Positions 1-13,209 are shown, counted from the whole stretch's first letter. The stretch: DNA of 63,789 nt, filler included, from Octopus bimaculoides (GCF_001194135.2; 10 parts of 9 records of this genome joined end to end with filler, not necessarily neighbours in it), one strand, 5' to 3'. Notes: a model not told the origin generated them from the letters alone. Program-made: numbers and translations.

Positions 1-473
1 GTTCTTAAACGTTCATAAGAGAAAGTAGGAGTTGAAAGGATTTGTAAAGGTCGTAGGAAGAGGAAATTTAGGTTTTATTAGAGGGGGGAAATGTTATTTT
101 GCGCAGTTTAATGGATTTTATTGGTAACTGTGATTGGTATTTAGAATATTAATTCCGATTGTTTCATTCAAGAAATTTGGAATTGTGTAAATGTATGAAT
201 TGGATACACATACACACACACTCACAAACTCAGCTATATATATATATATAGATATTTTCATGGAGAAGATAGATTTATATCGTCCTCCATGATGAACATG
301 TTGTGCGACCAGCTGAATCCCTATGTTAAAATAACATGCAAGCATTTGATTGTTGCATAGATACTAGAAATCTTAACGTAATTCTCACGCTGAATGCGAT
401 AGGACAGGGCTTTTGAATTATAGGTACACTACAGAGAGAGAGAGAGGGGGGGGGGGAGAAAGCTCAAAAGAAT

Positions 474-581
474 AAAAAGCAAAAGTTAACATTCGACCGA
501 ATTTGAATCTTAATATAAATAGACTGAATAAATATTGCAAGGCGTTTTGCCTGGTGCTCTAACGATTTTGCTGATTTGCCG
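474..581 (-). mobile_element. Degenerate tRNA-derived SINE fragment (family A, see 23502)
   Basis: Reverse complement resembles the head and B-box region of the family A copies at 23502 and 39623 (aatttgaa..., gcgttttgcctggtgctctaacgattttgc). Confidence 0.5.
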
Positions 582-1099
582 TATAAAGGAAAGCATGCAT
601 ATTAATGTATCCAATGTGTTTGGCTGTAGTGATTTAGGAAAGAGAAAGAACACTCAAACATCTTAGTCGTTTGTGTAGAAGAAATAGGGTTAAGGTGATG
701 CAGATATATTGTGAACTATCTTTGATTTATGACAACAAAGAGAAAACATGTAAATCACATAAAGACGTGAAGATTGAATTTAAAGCGGAGGAACATGTCG
801 GACAAGTCAAATCTGTACCTGAATGTCTGTAAGTGTAAATGGGCATTATGATCATTGACGAACTACTGCAGATACTAGTGATAGGTATAGGTTAACCATT
901 GTAAAAGAAGGAGGCAAGAATCACTGTAAATAGGAATGAAAGGAGTATCTCGACATAGTAGATAAAGATCTCAACCAGTGCAGATAAGTAAGAGCCCAAC
1001 CACTATAAATAGGGGAGATAAGTTTATTTCAGCCACAGTAAATAGAGGAGACAGATAAGCTGAAAGATAAGGATGTGGGACAGCGTAGCAACTGTAAAT

Positions 1100-2580
1100 A
1101 TTGGAGATCGGTTTGTAGAACCTTCTGAATGGTACGCTTAACAAAAAAGTGCATTCAGTTCTCATTTTAAGCGGGATGGCCTGTTTAATGATGACTCATT
1201 TCGCATGCGGACCGCTTCGGGAAAACGTTTGCCCATGTTTGTTTAGTCGAATCAATTAAAGAGATAGATAGGCTCAGTTAAACTATGCGAATAGAGAAAA
1301 TAGTTATAGCCCAAACACTGTGAGTAGGGCCAATAGGTTTTTGCTCAACTGCGGTAAATAGTGAAAAGCCCTGGAAATACTGGAGATAGGTTTATGTCAG
1401 CGATTAAAAGTAGGGGCGTGTGCAGTATTTCGACAACTTTAAATGTTGTAAATGTAGCATTATATTGCAGCACTGATTTCAAGTTCTCCTATTGTTCAGA
1501 AATACGTGACAGAATTTAACAGATTGTTAAAACATCAGTTCAATGTACTCACAACAGCTTTAATGGCAGAAATTAGCAATAGCAATAGCAACAACGACTA
1601 CATCTAGGATACGCGAACATTAATGGAGCATGAAAAGTCACTGAACACGGAAGCATTCAAAATAGAAACCAGCAGCAGAAACGCATTAACATAACATATA
1701 TGTGTGCAGTCACCAAACAGCATCAACCATTTCTATAGGTTACACATCCCAAACAATAAAACTTTAACACCTTCTCAAACCTTTTCTCTCGAAAATTGAG
1801 AGAGAGATTTCAATGCATGCAATACCTTGTGGGTAAACAAAGTTAAAGCAGTATAGATAACATAAAAAGAGACATGGGTGATGATTCAAAATTCTACATT
1901 CCCTAAAACAACTTATGTCAGCACATGGATATATATATAGCACTAAATCAATTCTTATCCAGAAATCATGTTCTACTTCACACTTCTAGCATTGTATGTG
2001 TAACTTGCAGGCAACCACTAAGTTCTTTTGACTTCTTTGAATTCCACCAAAACGCCATAATCGCCAATACGGATATTATTGTCGTCCATACATACGCGTA
2101 AGCAAAGGCGCTCCCAAAAGCCATGTTCCATAAGACAACATAAAAGTAAAATACTTAGTATACAAATAAAATAGTTCACTTGGATAACACGTTGAGACAA
2201 TTTCAAAGGCATATCTTCAACATCGCACACGAAAGAAATAAACCTCAATATGAAGCTACTAAATGAATTACAAGAAATAAACTGAAGCAGAAAACAAGAA
2301 AAGAAGAACCTTTGTCTCCAACATAAACGACAAAACAAGCAGTAAAACACTTGATAAAGTTATTTGTTGTATCAATGACTGTAACACATTCTATATACCA
2401 AATAACATATATTCCAATCACACTTTTCCAAATTTAGTCGTCACAAACCTCGGAGTAAGGAACAATATACTCGCCTTTAATCTAATTCATTATCTTGATA
2501 TCTTTCTTCTGTCAGATACTGAAAAACAATATCTAAAAACTTAAAGATTCGTTAAAAAAAACTATCAAGATGAAAGGGAA
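1100..2580 (+). mobile_element. Possible highly decayed Penelope-like retroelement ORF remnant
   Basis: 2470-2555 reads FNL...LSDTEKQ(Y)LSK(N)LRFV when two 1-nt indels are allowed. This resembles the N-terminal NLS...L(S/T)xxExxxLSKGLxFVP motif of Penelope-like ORFs. The rest is unique-looking sequence full of stops. Confidence 0.3.
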
Positions 2581-2599
2581 GCACTTGGGATTCAAAAAT

Positions 2600-2850
2600 A
2601 TTATTACTCTCCAGCAACTTCAGCTATTCATAGTGCATCCGAATGTAGAATTCTATATCCGGTAGCTCGACCTACTGAAGTAGCAGCTGAAATCTATGGT
2701 GAATCACTCAGCACCGTCTTAGAAAAGGAAAAGATATATTGGGGGAAGTAGTTTTACATACACTCAAAAACATGGAGGCCATTGATGGATTATTTTTAGT
2801 CATATATATGGTCGGACATAGTTGAACCGGGGCTAAACAGTAAAGACTAA
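2600..2850 (+). mobile_element. Degenerate SINE ending in ...ggggctaaac(aac)n
   Basis: Contains gaagtagcagctgaaatc...gtcttagaaaagga...accggggctaaacag. The reverse-complement tail occurs at 36335-36370. Confidence 0.4.
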
Positions 2851-3000
2851 TTATAACAGCAATGCCAAGTCCTTAGAATCTGGAATTATAGAAAAAAAAA
2901 AGAACAAGGAACGCAGCATAGAATAGACTCATCTTCAATGAACAATATCAAAATCGTAATAAAGACTATCCTTGGCATCACCACTCCATACATTTTCCTT

Positions 3001-3225
3001 TCCATTTCTACACACTCCTCTTTCCATTTCTACACACTCCTCTTTCCATTTCTACACACTCCTCTTTCCATTTCTACACACTCCTCTTTCCATTTCTACA
3101 CACTCCTCTTTCCATTTCTACACACTCCTCTTTCCATTTCTACACACTCCTCTTTCCATTTCTACACACTCCTCTTTCCATTTCTACACACTCCTCTTTC
3201 CATTTCTACACACTCCTCTTTCCAT
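3001..3225. repeat. Perfect 22-bp minisatellite, 10 full copies plus a partial copy (TCCATTTCTACACACTCCTCTT)
   Basis: Units start every 22 bp from 3001 to 3221. Confidence 0.95.
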
Positions 3226-4341
3226 CTTGTAGCTTTGTAGCACTGATACTGTACACATGCCTTACATAAGAAATTCAGAAAAGCTCAAACAATAAATAAA
3301 AAGGCCAAAATGCGACTGACAAATACCATTCCAGTTGTCATTATCATCAGTAAATATTTCGAGGATATTCTTAGTCGACTGCCACCCATGTTTCCAAGGC
3401 CATATCAACAATACAAAAATGTTCTGTAATGATGCGTGTGTTGTGAAATATATTATCTTGTCTCTTTTACTGTTTATATCTACAATACATTCTCGTAGAA
3501 CAACCACACAGATTCATATGCGGATGCCACTATTAGATAAGCATAGCTATAAATGAAGGTATCTCTTATTAAATCTACCGTCTCCTTACCAGCAACATTA
3601 AAAAAAAAACAATCAAGCTTAACTAGCCATCACATCGAACTCATAAACATAAATATGCAAAAATATACCACACATGCACAGAAGACTAAAATATCAGGAA
3701 TTTGTTAGAACATTCATAGGAAGGAAAAGCAAAACAATACTGGAACATTCGAAGAGTACACACAGCAAGATAAAGAAATAATAGCCCGTCTACAAACAAT
3801 TTATTAGATCCATAAAGGATTATGTCATACTGGCGAGCTTCCTAATACATTTACACAAAAGCTTGCAGCATCTACGAATATGCTAAATACTGCATTGCAC
3901 TATCAGAAACTCAAAATTGCTCACAACTAGCGGCCACCTATGCAATGAAACTAGAAATAATCAAATTGTAAAAACATCTCGGCATGCGAAGGTCTTAGTT
4001 GGTCTCCTACGCTAATCTAATCAACTTAATATCTTAACGACAAATTCAGTTACTTGTAACAGAGTATGTAGTATCGCAACATATATATTTGAAATGAGTC
4101 ACTAGATTGAACTTAGTCATTTGACGTCTACTTTCAAGCCTTAGTTCTGCTCCACCCAAACTTAAATATAACCTATGACTGGCGTTGTGGGATAATGGCA
4201 TCAACAATTAAAATAGCGTATTCTTTTCCCCATGATAAGCTATATTACCAGAGGTTGTTGCTAACAACAGATTTCCTCAACTAGAAATAGCAGCAAATGC
4301 CGTTATTAAAGCAAACAACAGTGTTTTGGTCCCCTGCGATA

Positions 4342-5607
4342 CAGGGTTGGGTAGAGAGGATGGAAGTTTTTGAAAAATTCCCCAAACAAGTTTTATTGAC
4401 ATCAATGTGTTTGTATTGAATTAGCATTTGTCAAAATTGTGGAAAAGAACATCCATTATGTGGAGTCCGTTTTCATTGATGAATTTCTGAAGTCATTATT
4501 GGAAGTTGGCCTCCACTCTCTCCAGCATTGCTCTGTTGATTTGGCGACTTCCACGCGAATAGTTGCCTTAAAATCGTCCAATGTACGGGGCTTATGTGCA
4601 TATACACCTACCTTGAGGTTTCTCCACAAAGAAATAACACACATGGACAAATTAGAGGACCAAGAGGGGCAAGGAATGTTAACAAACCTGGATGTGTGGG
4701 CCGTAGCCCCATCTTAGTGAAAACACACAATCCGAATAGGTATACCTTTCCGTCATAATTCAGGTACAAAGAAGTTGTTTATCATCTCGATGTAACACTC
4801 GGAGTTCACAATAACAACATTTTAATTATTGTCTTTAAAAAGTAAGGACCAATGACGGCAACTTTTCCAGCAGCACACCAGACAGTCACTCTTGGACTGT
4901 GCTGTGGTCTTTCGTCCAGTACACGCGGATTTTCAAGAGGCCAAGAACAACAGTTCTGTTGATCCACCATGCCATTGAGTTGAAAATAATCTTCGACACT
5001 CATTAACAAAATGAGGTTGTCATTTGCCTCAAAATTTGCTTCCATCTGACGTACGAAGTTAAACCGTTGTGCGTAATCCCATGGTTTCAACTGTTGCCCA
5101 ATGACCAATTTGTACGAGTGGAAATGCAGGTCTTCATGCAAAATACGCCTTACCGATCGATTACTGATGCCAAGTTCAGTGGAATGCCTCTGAGCAGAGT
5201 AATTCGGACACCATATCAAAGCTTGTCTGATGCGTTCTACATTTTCCGGGGTCTGTACTGTTCCTGACGCCCCCAATAATCTCCTATTCATTAGCGTACC
5301 TCGTGTAGGAAGTGCACTCATCCATCGTAAGATTGTGTTACTAATGGGAACAGCCTAATTTCGGTGAATGTTGAAGTGGTGCCGAAACTAACGCTGAACT
5401 GCTGTGACAGACTCGTTATTCTACACGTAACTGTCGTAGGCAAGCACGCGATTCTCTATCGTCCACAGTGCCATGGCTTTACCTGAAAAGAGAAAAGAAT
5501 TGTTAAGACACCACGGACCAAATGGTACCTGTCGGACACATATCCTTCTCACTGGAGCTGAGTAATGGCCATTTCAAAAAGATGTCCGTCTTCTCTGCCC
5601 CACCCTG
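4342..5607 (-). mobile_element. Full-length Tc1/mariner DNA transposon, DD41D (rosa)-like
   Basis: Imperfect ~35-bp TIRs (cagggttgggtagagaggatggaag... versus the reverse complement of ...gatgtccgtcttctctgccccaccctg). TA target duplication at 4340-4341 and 5608-5609. Length is 1266 bp, with transposase homology inside. Confidence 0.85.
4437..5474 (-). pseudogene. Disrupted mariner-type transposase
   Basis: Reads MALWTIENRVLAYDSYV*NNESVTAVQR*FRHHFNIHRN*AVP...TVQTPENVERIRQ...SVEDYFQLNG...HSPRVTVWCA...VIGPYF...DGATAHT...NLSMC...LW...VYAHKPRTLDD. It carries several stops, frameshifts and an internal deletion. Confidence 0.85.
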
Positions 5608-5696
5608 TACTTCAAGAAAATCGCCTGAACGATACAGCCGAAGTTTAGTATCCCAATCGTAGACAGAAGCGTTTGGCTGTGTTCCAGATATGCCAT

Positions 5697-6050
5697 TGAT
5701 TCGGATTGACATTTATACACAGCATTTAATTCGGTTAGACACATACTCACAGGTTTAGACAGATGTCTACGAGCTATATACATATATTTTGGTTAGACTT
5801 ACGCAACACATCACGTATAGTTCAGTTAGACAAATACCTATACACTGTATAAACTTCAGTTAGACTGACGTTGCACACTGTACATAATTTGGTTAGACAA
5901 ATACCCACACCTTGTATATAATATAGTTAGATTGGCGCTACATACTGTAATGGATTCGGTTAGCTTGTTGCAATACATTGTATATAATTTCATTAGATTG
6001 GTGCTATATGCTGCATATAATTTCGTTAAATCGACTCCCGCATACTGTAT
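5697..6050. repeat. Diverged ~33-bp tandem array (~11 units; core ttYRGTTAGAC plus cacactgtatataat)
   Basis: The core recurs at about 5788, 5821, 5856, 5888, 5921, 5955, 5988 and 6020 (spacing 32-35 bp), with related copies at 5700-5760. Confidence 0.8.
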
Positions 6051-6269
6051 ACAGAGATTATTCCCCCGGAAACATGCAACCAATGCACTTGCTACCAAAA
6101 TGTGATATAAAATAAAAGGAATGAGACTTCATTCCCTTACAGCAATATTACATTACTTTTTCTATCACTTTTCCAAATAATGCAAACCTTGTCGACACAG
6201 ACCACAACTAGTCTCCTTGGATACTGTTTTATCCGATAAAAACGTGTGAGTGAGTATGTGTGTATGTGT

Positions 6270-6310
<41 letters not shown>

Positions 6311-8716
6311 TGTGTGCGAGTGCGTATCTGAATATGTGTGAGTATATATACTTATGTCTCTATATCACATTTTATAAAATTTTAATGCTTTTAGTTATCT
6401 ATGCGGGTAATTTTCTCTTTGAAAGTTCTACTTATAACAATATTTGATGCGAGTTGTCAGTTGTATGAAACAACATATTTTGGAGTTTATTCATATTAAA
6501 TCATTTCATGTCATTGAATGTTTGGTAGCANNNNNNNNNNNNNNNNNNNNNNNNNNNNNNNNNNNNNNNNNNNNNNNNNNNNNNNNNNNNNNNNNNNNNN
6601 NNNNNNNNNNNNNNNNNNNNNNNNNNNNNNNNNNNNNNNNNNNNNNNNNNNNNNNNNNNNNNNNNNNNNNNNNNNNNNNNNNNNNNNNNNNNNNNNNNNN
6701 NNNNNNNNNNNNNNNNNNNNNNNNNNNNNNNNNNNNNNNNNNNNNNNNNNNNNNNNNNNNNNNNNNNNNNNNNNNNNNNNNNNNNNNNNNNNNNNNNNNN
6801 NNNNNNNNNNNNNNNNNNNNNNNNNNNNNNNNNNNNNNNNNNNNNNNNNNNNNNNNNNNNNNNNNNNNNNNNNNNNNNNNNNNNNNNNNNNNNNNNNNNN
6901 NNNNNNNNNNNNNNNNNNNNNNNNNNNNNNNNNNNNNNNNNNNNNNNNNNNNNNNNNNNNNNNNNNNNNNNNNNNNNNNNNNNNNNNNNNNNNNNNNNNN
7001 NNNNNNNNNNNNNNNNNNNNNNTGTGTGTGTGTGTGTGTGTGTGCGTGCGTGCGTGCGTGTGTGTGTGTGTGTATATATATATACACACTCTCTCCTGTC
7101 TCATCTAACAAAACAAAACAAGCTACGAAAAACTAATAAGTAAGCTTTTGTTTTTCGTAGTTCAGTCAAATACGGACTATCAAACAGTATATCAAATAAC
7201 ATATCGTTAATTATGCTGCTTGTTACATAAGCTATTTTTAGTTTGTATTGACAATGAAAAGACTTAATTAACTAAAAAAATAAAAATGGTAATAATTAAA
7301 TATCAGGAAATAAACAAATGAACTTTTAGAAACAGCTACCAATAGCAGAAAAAAACAAAAACATTATTGTGAAATAATCAAGCAGCGGCTACACTCTCTC
7401 ATGACTTACTAGAAACAATTACCATATTTCACTCATATCACAACCAGCAGGCTCAAATATTTTCAAGCGAATTAGATAATATAATAAATATATTAATATA
7501 GTACTGAATATATTAAAAGGCGGGATGGCTATGATAAGAATAGCATTGACTTATTCGATAGACAATACTGTGTTTTGCACTTGATCTTTGTTCTGTTTAT
7601 CGAAATAGATTTTGCTTGCCACTTTTAGCATAAGGATCAAGGTTTATTAACTCCATCGCCACAAACCGCTTTCCCCGAGAAGCATGGTGATTTGTTCAAA
7701 CAACAAGGTAGAAAAGAATCCATCAGGATATAAAAGCACAATATAAAAGAGATACCAGAGGACAAGCATATGATAGTAGATAACATAAGACCTATAAAAT
7801 ATGTTGAATGACTGACTATCTTATATGTTGAATGTCTTAGCTTTTAATGTTTACACTATATTTTTGATCTAAAATTACATAGGATTAAAATGCGTGTACT
7901 CTAAGCTTTTCTGTTGAAAGAAGCTGATAATATTTGTTTTAATAGCATGTAATAATTTATATTATAGGATTAATATTCTTACTTTTGTATCAAATACTGG
8001 CTCATTAATTAGAACTAATAGGATAAAACTCATATTACTTTTAGAATGATCGGTTCAAACATGTCTAACAAACCACTTACAGTAACAAAATATATATTAG
8101 TCAGTGAAGCAAAGACATTCTAGTCGTGGCCATCTAATCTTTTCAGATATAGAGTATTTCAGACTACATTGTCCAGTATAATCTTTCTTTAAAGACAGAA
8201 GACTCTCATTTAAAGGAAATTAGCAGCTATTTCCAGTGGCCACGTAGAATTTCCCTTATTTCGTTTCAGTATATAAGCGTACAACCAGACAACTTACTTC
8301 TTGCCCATACTTGGTTTCAGTGCATTCACTTTACGTAAATTACTCACACTTTTAACAAAAGCATGATACAGCATTGCCTTTGACCTTTTCTAAAATATAT
8401 GATTCAGATGAATTGTGTCAATGGCCAGTTTGTAGATGTGCGATTAAAATTTTTTATCACTTGTTAGTTTACAAAAATAACACGAATCGAACAAAAAAGA
8501 ATAAACCGAATGTGTATTTTTAATAGCTATCATAACACTTTCACGGCGTAACTATTAAAATATTTGATTTATGTGTCTAGCATAAATAAAAACATGACAA
8601 TTTGCCCTACATATTTTCTTTCCGAGAGACGGTTTCAACTCCGACTTATAAATATTTCATTTCATTAACATCGGTAATCACCGTGGAAGATATGTTTATC
8701 ACATCTGATTTTAAAG

Positions 8717-8805
8717 CCACACAGACACACAGGCAGACAGACAGACACACACACACACACACATACACACACACACGCGCGCGCACACGCACACGTATAC
8801 ACACG

Positions 8806-8890
<85 letters not shown>
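8717..8890. repeat. (CA)n compound microsatellite; representative of many (CA)n/(TA)n/(TATG)n/(GA)n tracts, most of which flank N gaps
   Basis: Direct inspection. Confidence 0.95.
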
Positions 8891-8893
<3 letters not shown>

Positions 8894-9739
8894 GTCTTTG
8901 TTCATGCAATGAATTCAGATTTATAACATACCAACGATTGTCGTAGAGCCAGACGTAAGCTTTCAGCAAGCTAAGATTGTTGAAGCAAGTTGTACTTCAG
9001 TTAAGCAAGTACATATGCCGTCCATTAATATATAACCTACCTGTCGTCTGTCATAACGAAATCAAGATTCTAACGTTTGTGTAATAAATGATGGAGAACA
9101 AAAAATACTTAGATGCATGCTTTAGACCAGCTAACTCATCGGTAGTGTCACAGGTTCGATTATATTTTCGATGAAATTTCACGTCATTTATACCAAAAAG
9201 TTCGTTGGTAAAGATATGAAGATTAAAATATTGTATATTCTGCCTTTTTTTGTAATCATAGTATTTTTGTGTTTGTGATACAAAAAAGAAAAAAAGAAAT
9301 CATTAAAAATGAAACTAATGTTTCTATCTTCAGTAGGAGAGAGAGAGAGAAAGAAAGAGAGGGAGAGAGAGAAAGAAAGAGAGAGAGAGAGCAAAAGACA
9401 GAGTGAGAGAGAGAAGAGATAGTGATGAAAAGATGTGAGAGAGATAGGAGAAATGAATGAATAAAATATGAGTTTTTGTCTGTATCTCTTAGGAAGGGAC
9501 AGTAAACTTAGAGATGGTACAAGAATTAATACATATATATATATATATATCAGTGTGACGTTAAGACACCATCGAAATTTTCCCTTCTATGTTGAGCTTC
9601 AGTGACAAGTCAGTCTGACTTCCGGAATGCATAACTCTTCAAGCTGGTGATTATAGCGGAATACTACCGGGACAATATTAAGTGTAGCCAACCGTCACAT
9701 GTGAGTGTGTATTATGATTTCGCTAATTGCTTAGTTGCT

Positions 9740-10010
9740 TCTGGAGGTGCGGGTGGATATAATCGCCCCGATACCCTCTTCCTTCATTCAACACCTCATT
9801 TAGAATGTGACAGCTGGAGTGAGAGAGGGCTGCACAACAGCACTCGGCAGGTATCCATTACATCTGAATAGATGGAAATAACATGAAAGGAAGAGCCTTG
9901 CTCAAGGGCCAATTGCATCCCCTTGTCGAAGAATTGAGCCCATGGCATTAACCGAAAATGCTAATCATTAAGTGACGTACCTTCACCTGAAATAAAATGG
10001 CTTAAATGAA
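9740..10010 (-). mobile_element. Degenerate tRNA-derived SINE (family C, see 41643)
   Basis: Reverse complement has a tRNA-like head and a ccttgagcaagg CORE-like segment. It is similar to 38960-39160 and 54698-54960. Confidence 0.45.
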
Positions 10011-11159
10011 ATAGCTCGCTGTGAATCTGGGCTGAATCTCAGATCTGGTTTGCCTAATCTACCTAATTCATTGACATTGACGTAAGAGTGGCTTAGCTAA
10101 CACTTAGAATCCTCAGGAGTGAAAATAATAGACTCTTCTATAAGATTCTGATATAAAGCTTATAAGTACAAAGAAATTAGCTTTTCATTTGCAGATGGTT
10201 TAGTTAGAAGAGAAAATGCCATATCTATGATTTTTTTAGAAACTATAAGACAAACGATAGAAATACTGAAGGATGCTCTCAGACAGGACATTTGACTCGA
10301 ATGTCTGAAACCTAATGGCCTTCTCTCGAAGCACTCAAAATCCAAGTGGATATGTTAAACCAGTCGACATATTAAGTCTACTCGACAATAACTAAAATGT
10401 TCCGGCTGACATGCTTCCGCAGTTTCCATTTACCAAATTGCACTTACGTGATTAAAGCCGACCTGAAAGTGAAGGCAATAGCTGCAAAACAAATTTCCTT
10501 TATACGTATAGCTAATTCTGAGCATCAGTAATGTACGGAAACTTACAATTGGATTTAGGTTATAACTCAAGCTATGTGTCAGAGAGAGAAGCATCTTTTG
10601 CTTGAAGAATATGACCTGACTTTAACATTTGTAGGCAGTGAGTAACCTTAGTGAAGCAGCTTGAACCTCAAACGATCTTAATCTGAAATCCTCATCATAA
10701 ATCTGTTTTGTATTTCAATTAGAAAACAATTAGAATTCAAACATAACGAAAAATTGTTGCAAAACGAATTATAAAACAAAAATAATTGGGTATATTTGTA
10801 AACAAGGATTTAAAAACTTAATCTAACTTGCTGAGTGTACAGTCTGAGCTTAACAATGAAGAAATTATCGTAATCCCAAATAAATATGACATATTTGCAT
10901 CTATTAGAAGTTAATAGACACGTTCAAGAATATTCGATCGTTCGAAGATTATAAATAAAATTTTTAATATTCCTGATAGCTTGCTAGTGAATGAGAAATA
11001 AGATCATTGGCCAATATAAGGTAAATGCTGAATGCATCTGTCTTCAAAAAACGAAACAAAACAATACAATACATAGATACGGAAAGATTACAGAAATACT
11101 AACAAAGCTTTTTGTGTTGTCGATAATACCAAAGGGAGGGGAAAAGGCAGAGGAAAAGA

Positions 11160-11313
11160 GGAGAGAGAAAGAAAAAGGGGTGAGAGAGAGAGAGTGAGAG
11201 AGAGAGAGTGAGAGAGAGAGAGTGAGAGAGAGAGAGTGAGAGAGAAAGATGGAGAGGTTGGAATGAGAGAAAGAGAAAGAGTGAGTGAGATAGAAAGATG
11301 GAAAGGTTGGAAT

Positions 11314-11347
<34 letters not shown>

Positions 11348-11350
11348 GAG
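11160..11350. repeat. (GA)n-rich tract with an internal ~46-bp duplication (gaaagatggaRaggttggaatgagagaaagag)
   Basis: Direct inspection. Confidence 0.85.
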
Positions 11351-12471
11351 ATCTAGTCAGAAGGGTATGGGAGTGATATCGATTGTTTGGTTAAAAAAGG
11401 TTGAACTGTTTACAAGTCAAGAAAATGACAGAGGTTGAATTCCTTTGAGAAATAGTCGATTGGGGAGAGAAGCCAAAATGCCAAATATATGGTGGCAGAA
11501 AAAAAAAGAAGCTGTTTTCGATATGGCGGGGTGGGAAGTAAAGAAAAATTGTAAAATAGCGGCAAACGATTTTGTGAAGGGACTTAACATCGAAGAAATA
11601 CAAGACGATTTGTTATGCTGTAGATTTAGATAAGAAAACACCATGGCATAAAATAACGTTACTGTTATTATTTTTAAAACTGCCAGAGAGATTTAGTGAC
11701 ATAAACAGCAAAGTAATTGACAAAGTACCTTGTAGTATTTAGTTTCACCACGGTATATGCTGAATTTAACTCTCTGAGTTCAGTGCCGCTATTCATGCGC
11801 CAGGTTTAATAAAATAAATACAAGTCGTGTATTGAGGCTTACTTCGTCGGCCGTAACAGCTTCCCGCATAACATACACACTTGCCACCTTGTAAACAAGC
11901 GAAGGAAATCAATTTATGAACCGTTATAGTCACGAGTTATTATTATAAGCGAAGTGAAAGACTAAATAGCTGACATCATGATGATGATGATGATGATGAT
12001 CATTATAATGATGAGGATGATGATAATGATGATGATGATCGCTTGTGTCATCTGACGGACAACTTTGGAAGTATGCTTCTGCAAACATAGGTTATATCAG
12101 GAAATATGGTATACATATAATAATTGTAACTTGACATTTATTAGTTTTTTTTTGCTGCTTACGCAAATAATAAAATGAATGCTAACTTTCAACAGAAAAA
12201 TATTAATTATTTTAAAAGGAAATTACATGAAACAAATTTCGTATTTATATAACTCCTCCCATAACTAATCTGTCATTTACTCCCACTCATCCTCCTCATC
12301 CTCTGTCTCTATGATACTGTGTCTGTGTCCGCGTAACATTCTTTTATTCATTGGCTACCACCAAACCTTGTCTGCGCACTCATCTTTCACTTTATGTTAA
12401 TGCTTTCTGTATCTCACTTTTAATCTCGCCACTCTCTCTATATATGATGTAAAGCTTAAATAGAGGTTCAA

Positions 12472-12472
<1 letters not shown>

Positions 12473-12506
<34 letters not shown>

Positions 12507-12567
12507 ACCAACCAACCAAGCACCCACCCAACCAACCAACCAACCAGCCAACCAACCAGCCAACCAA
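12473..12567. repeat. (CCAG)n/(CCAA)n tetranucleotide microsatellite
   Basis: Direct inspection. Confidence 0.95.
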
Positions 12568-12659
12568 CATTTATATCGACTATCATTACGTAGGGTTGTC
12601 GCTGAGCCCGAAGGAAAGAACTGTGCCTATGGCCCTCACATACGCTTCTAGACCGGTTC

Positions 12660-12830
12660 GATTAATTTCGCTAAAATTAATGCAAGTCGATCCCTAGCAG
12701 GAAAGACATGAACAGGGAAGGAACTGTTGAAAATCGTCTGGAGAAGAAGGATCGGGCAGAGGGTCTTGTGAGAAGTATAGGATGCTGGACATAGCAAGGG
12801 TGATGACAAGGAACGTTAAATGAGTTGGCA
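12660..12830 (+). mobile_element. Possible L1/Tx1 LINE endonuclease N-terminal fragment
   Basis: With frameshifts it reads FAKIN-xRSLAGK...LLKIVWRRRIG..VLCE.RM, resembling the APE-type NVRSL...LQET motif. Confidence 0.3.
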
Positions 12831-12910
12831 GTGCTTGAGTCGAGGTGGCAAGTTATCAGCCTATTCTGTAGAGCAGAAGCTATCAAAATAGTGGTTGAGT
12901 TTGTCTAAAG

Positions 12911-13209
12911 CAGGGATTCTCAACCATTTTTTATCTATGGACCCCTTTGATTCCTATTTTACTTAAGTGGATCCCCATAGACACTTGGTGTTTTAAAAAT
13001 CCTAGTGCATTTATAGAATTAAATATTATTAGGACTTGTATAAAATTTAATATTTCTTTGTGTATTGTAGAAGTAAAACCAGTTTATTTCATTTAAACGT
13101 TACTGGTCTGAAACATAATGTGTTCATGGCCCCTGAAAAATTGCCGTGAACTCCTCAAAATCTTATACGGACACCTAGGGTCCATATAGACCCTGACTGA
13201 AAAACCCTG
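12911..13209. mobile_element. hAT (Charlie-type) MITE, 299 bp
   Basis: Ends are cagggattctcaacc and gactgaaaaaccctg. 8-bp flanks gtctaaag (12903-12910) and gtgtaaag (13210-13217) match at 7/8 and fit the NTCTARAN target preference. Confidence 0.75.

Noticed and set aside
2938-3240. ORFs with a 22-aa repeat (HTPLSISTHSSFHFYTLLFPFL)
   Set aside because: This is translation of the 22-bp minisatellite, which has no stops in any plus-strand frame.
5697-6050. CRISPR interpretation of the 33-bp array
   Set aside because: Repeats are degenerate, variable parts are only ~10 nt, there are no cas genes and the context is eukaryotic. It is kept only as an unusual minisatellite.
6444-7136. Long ORFs spanning N gaps (also at 14560, 20056, 32770, 41718, 46112, 49830 and 58176)
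   Set aside because: They stay open only because N codons are not stops. The flanks are microsatellites.
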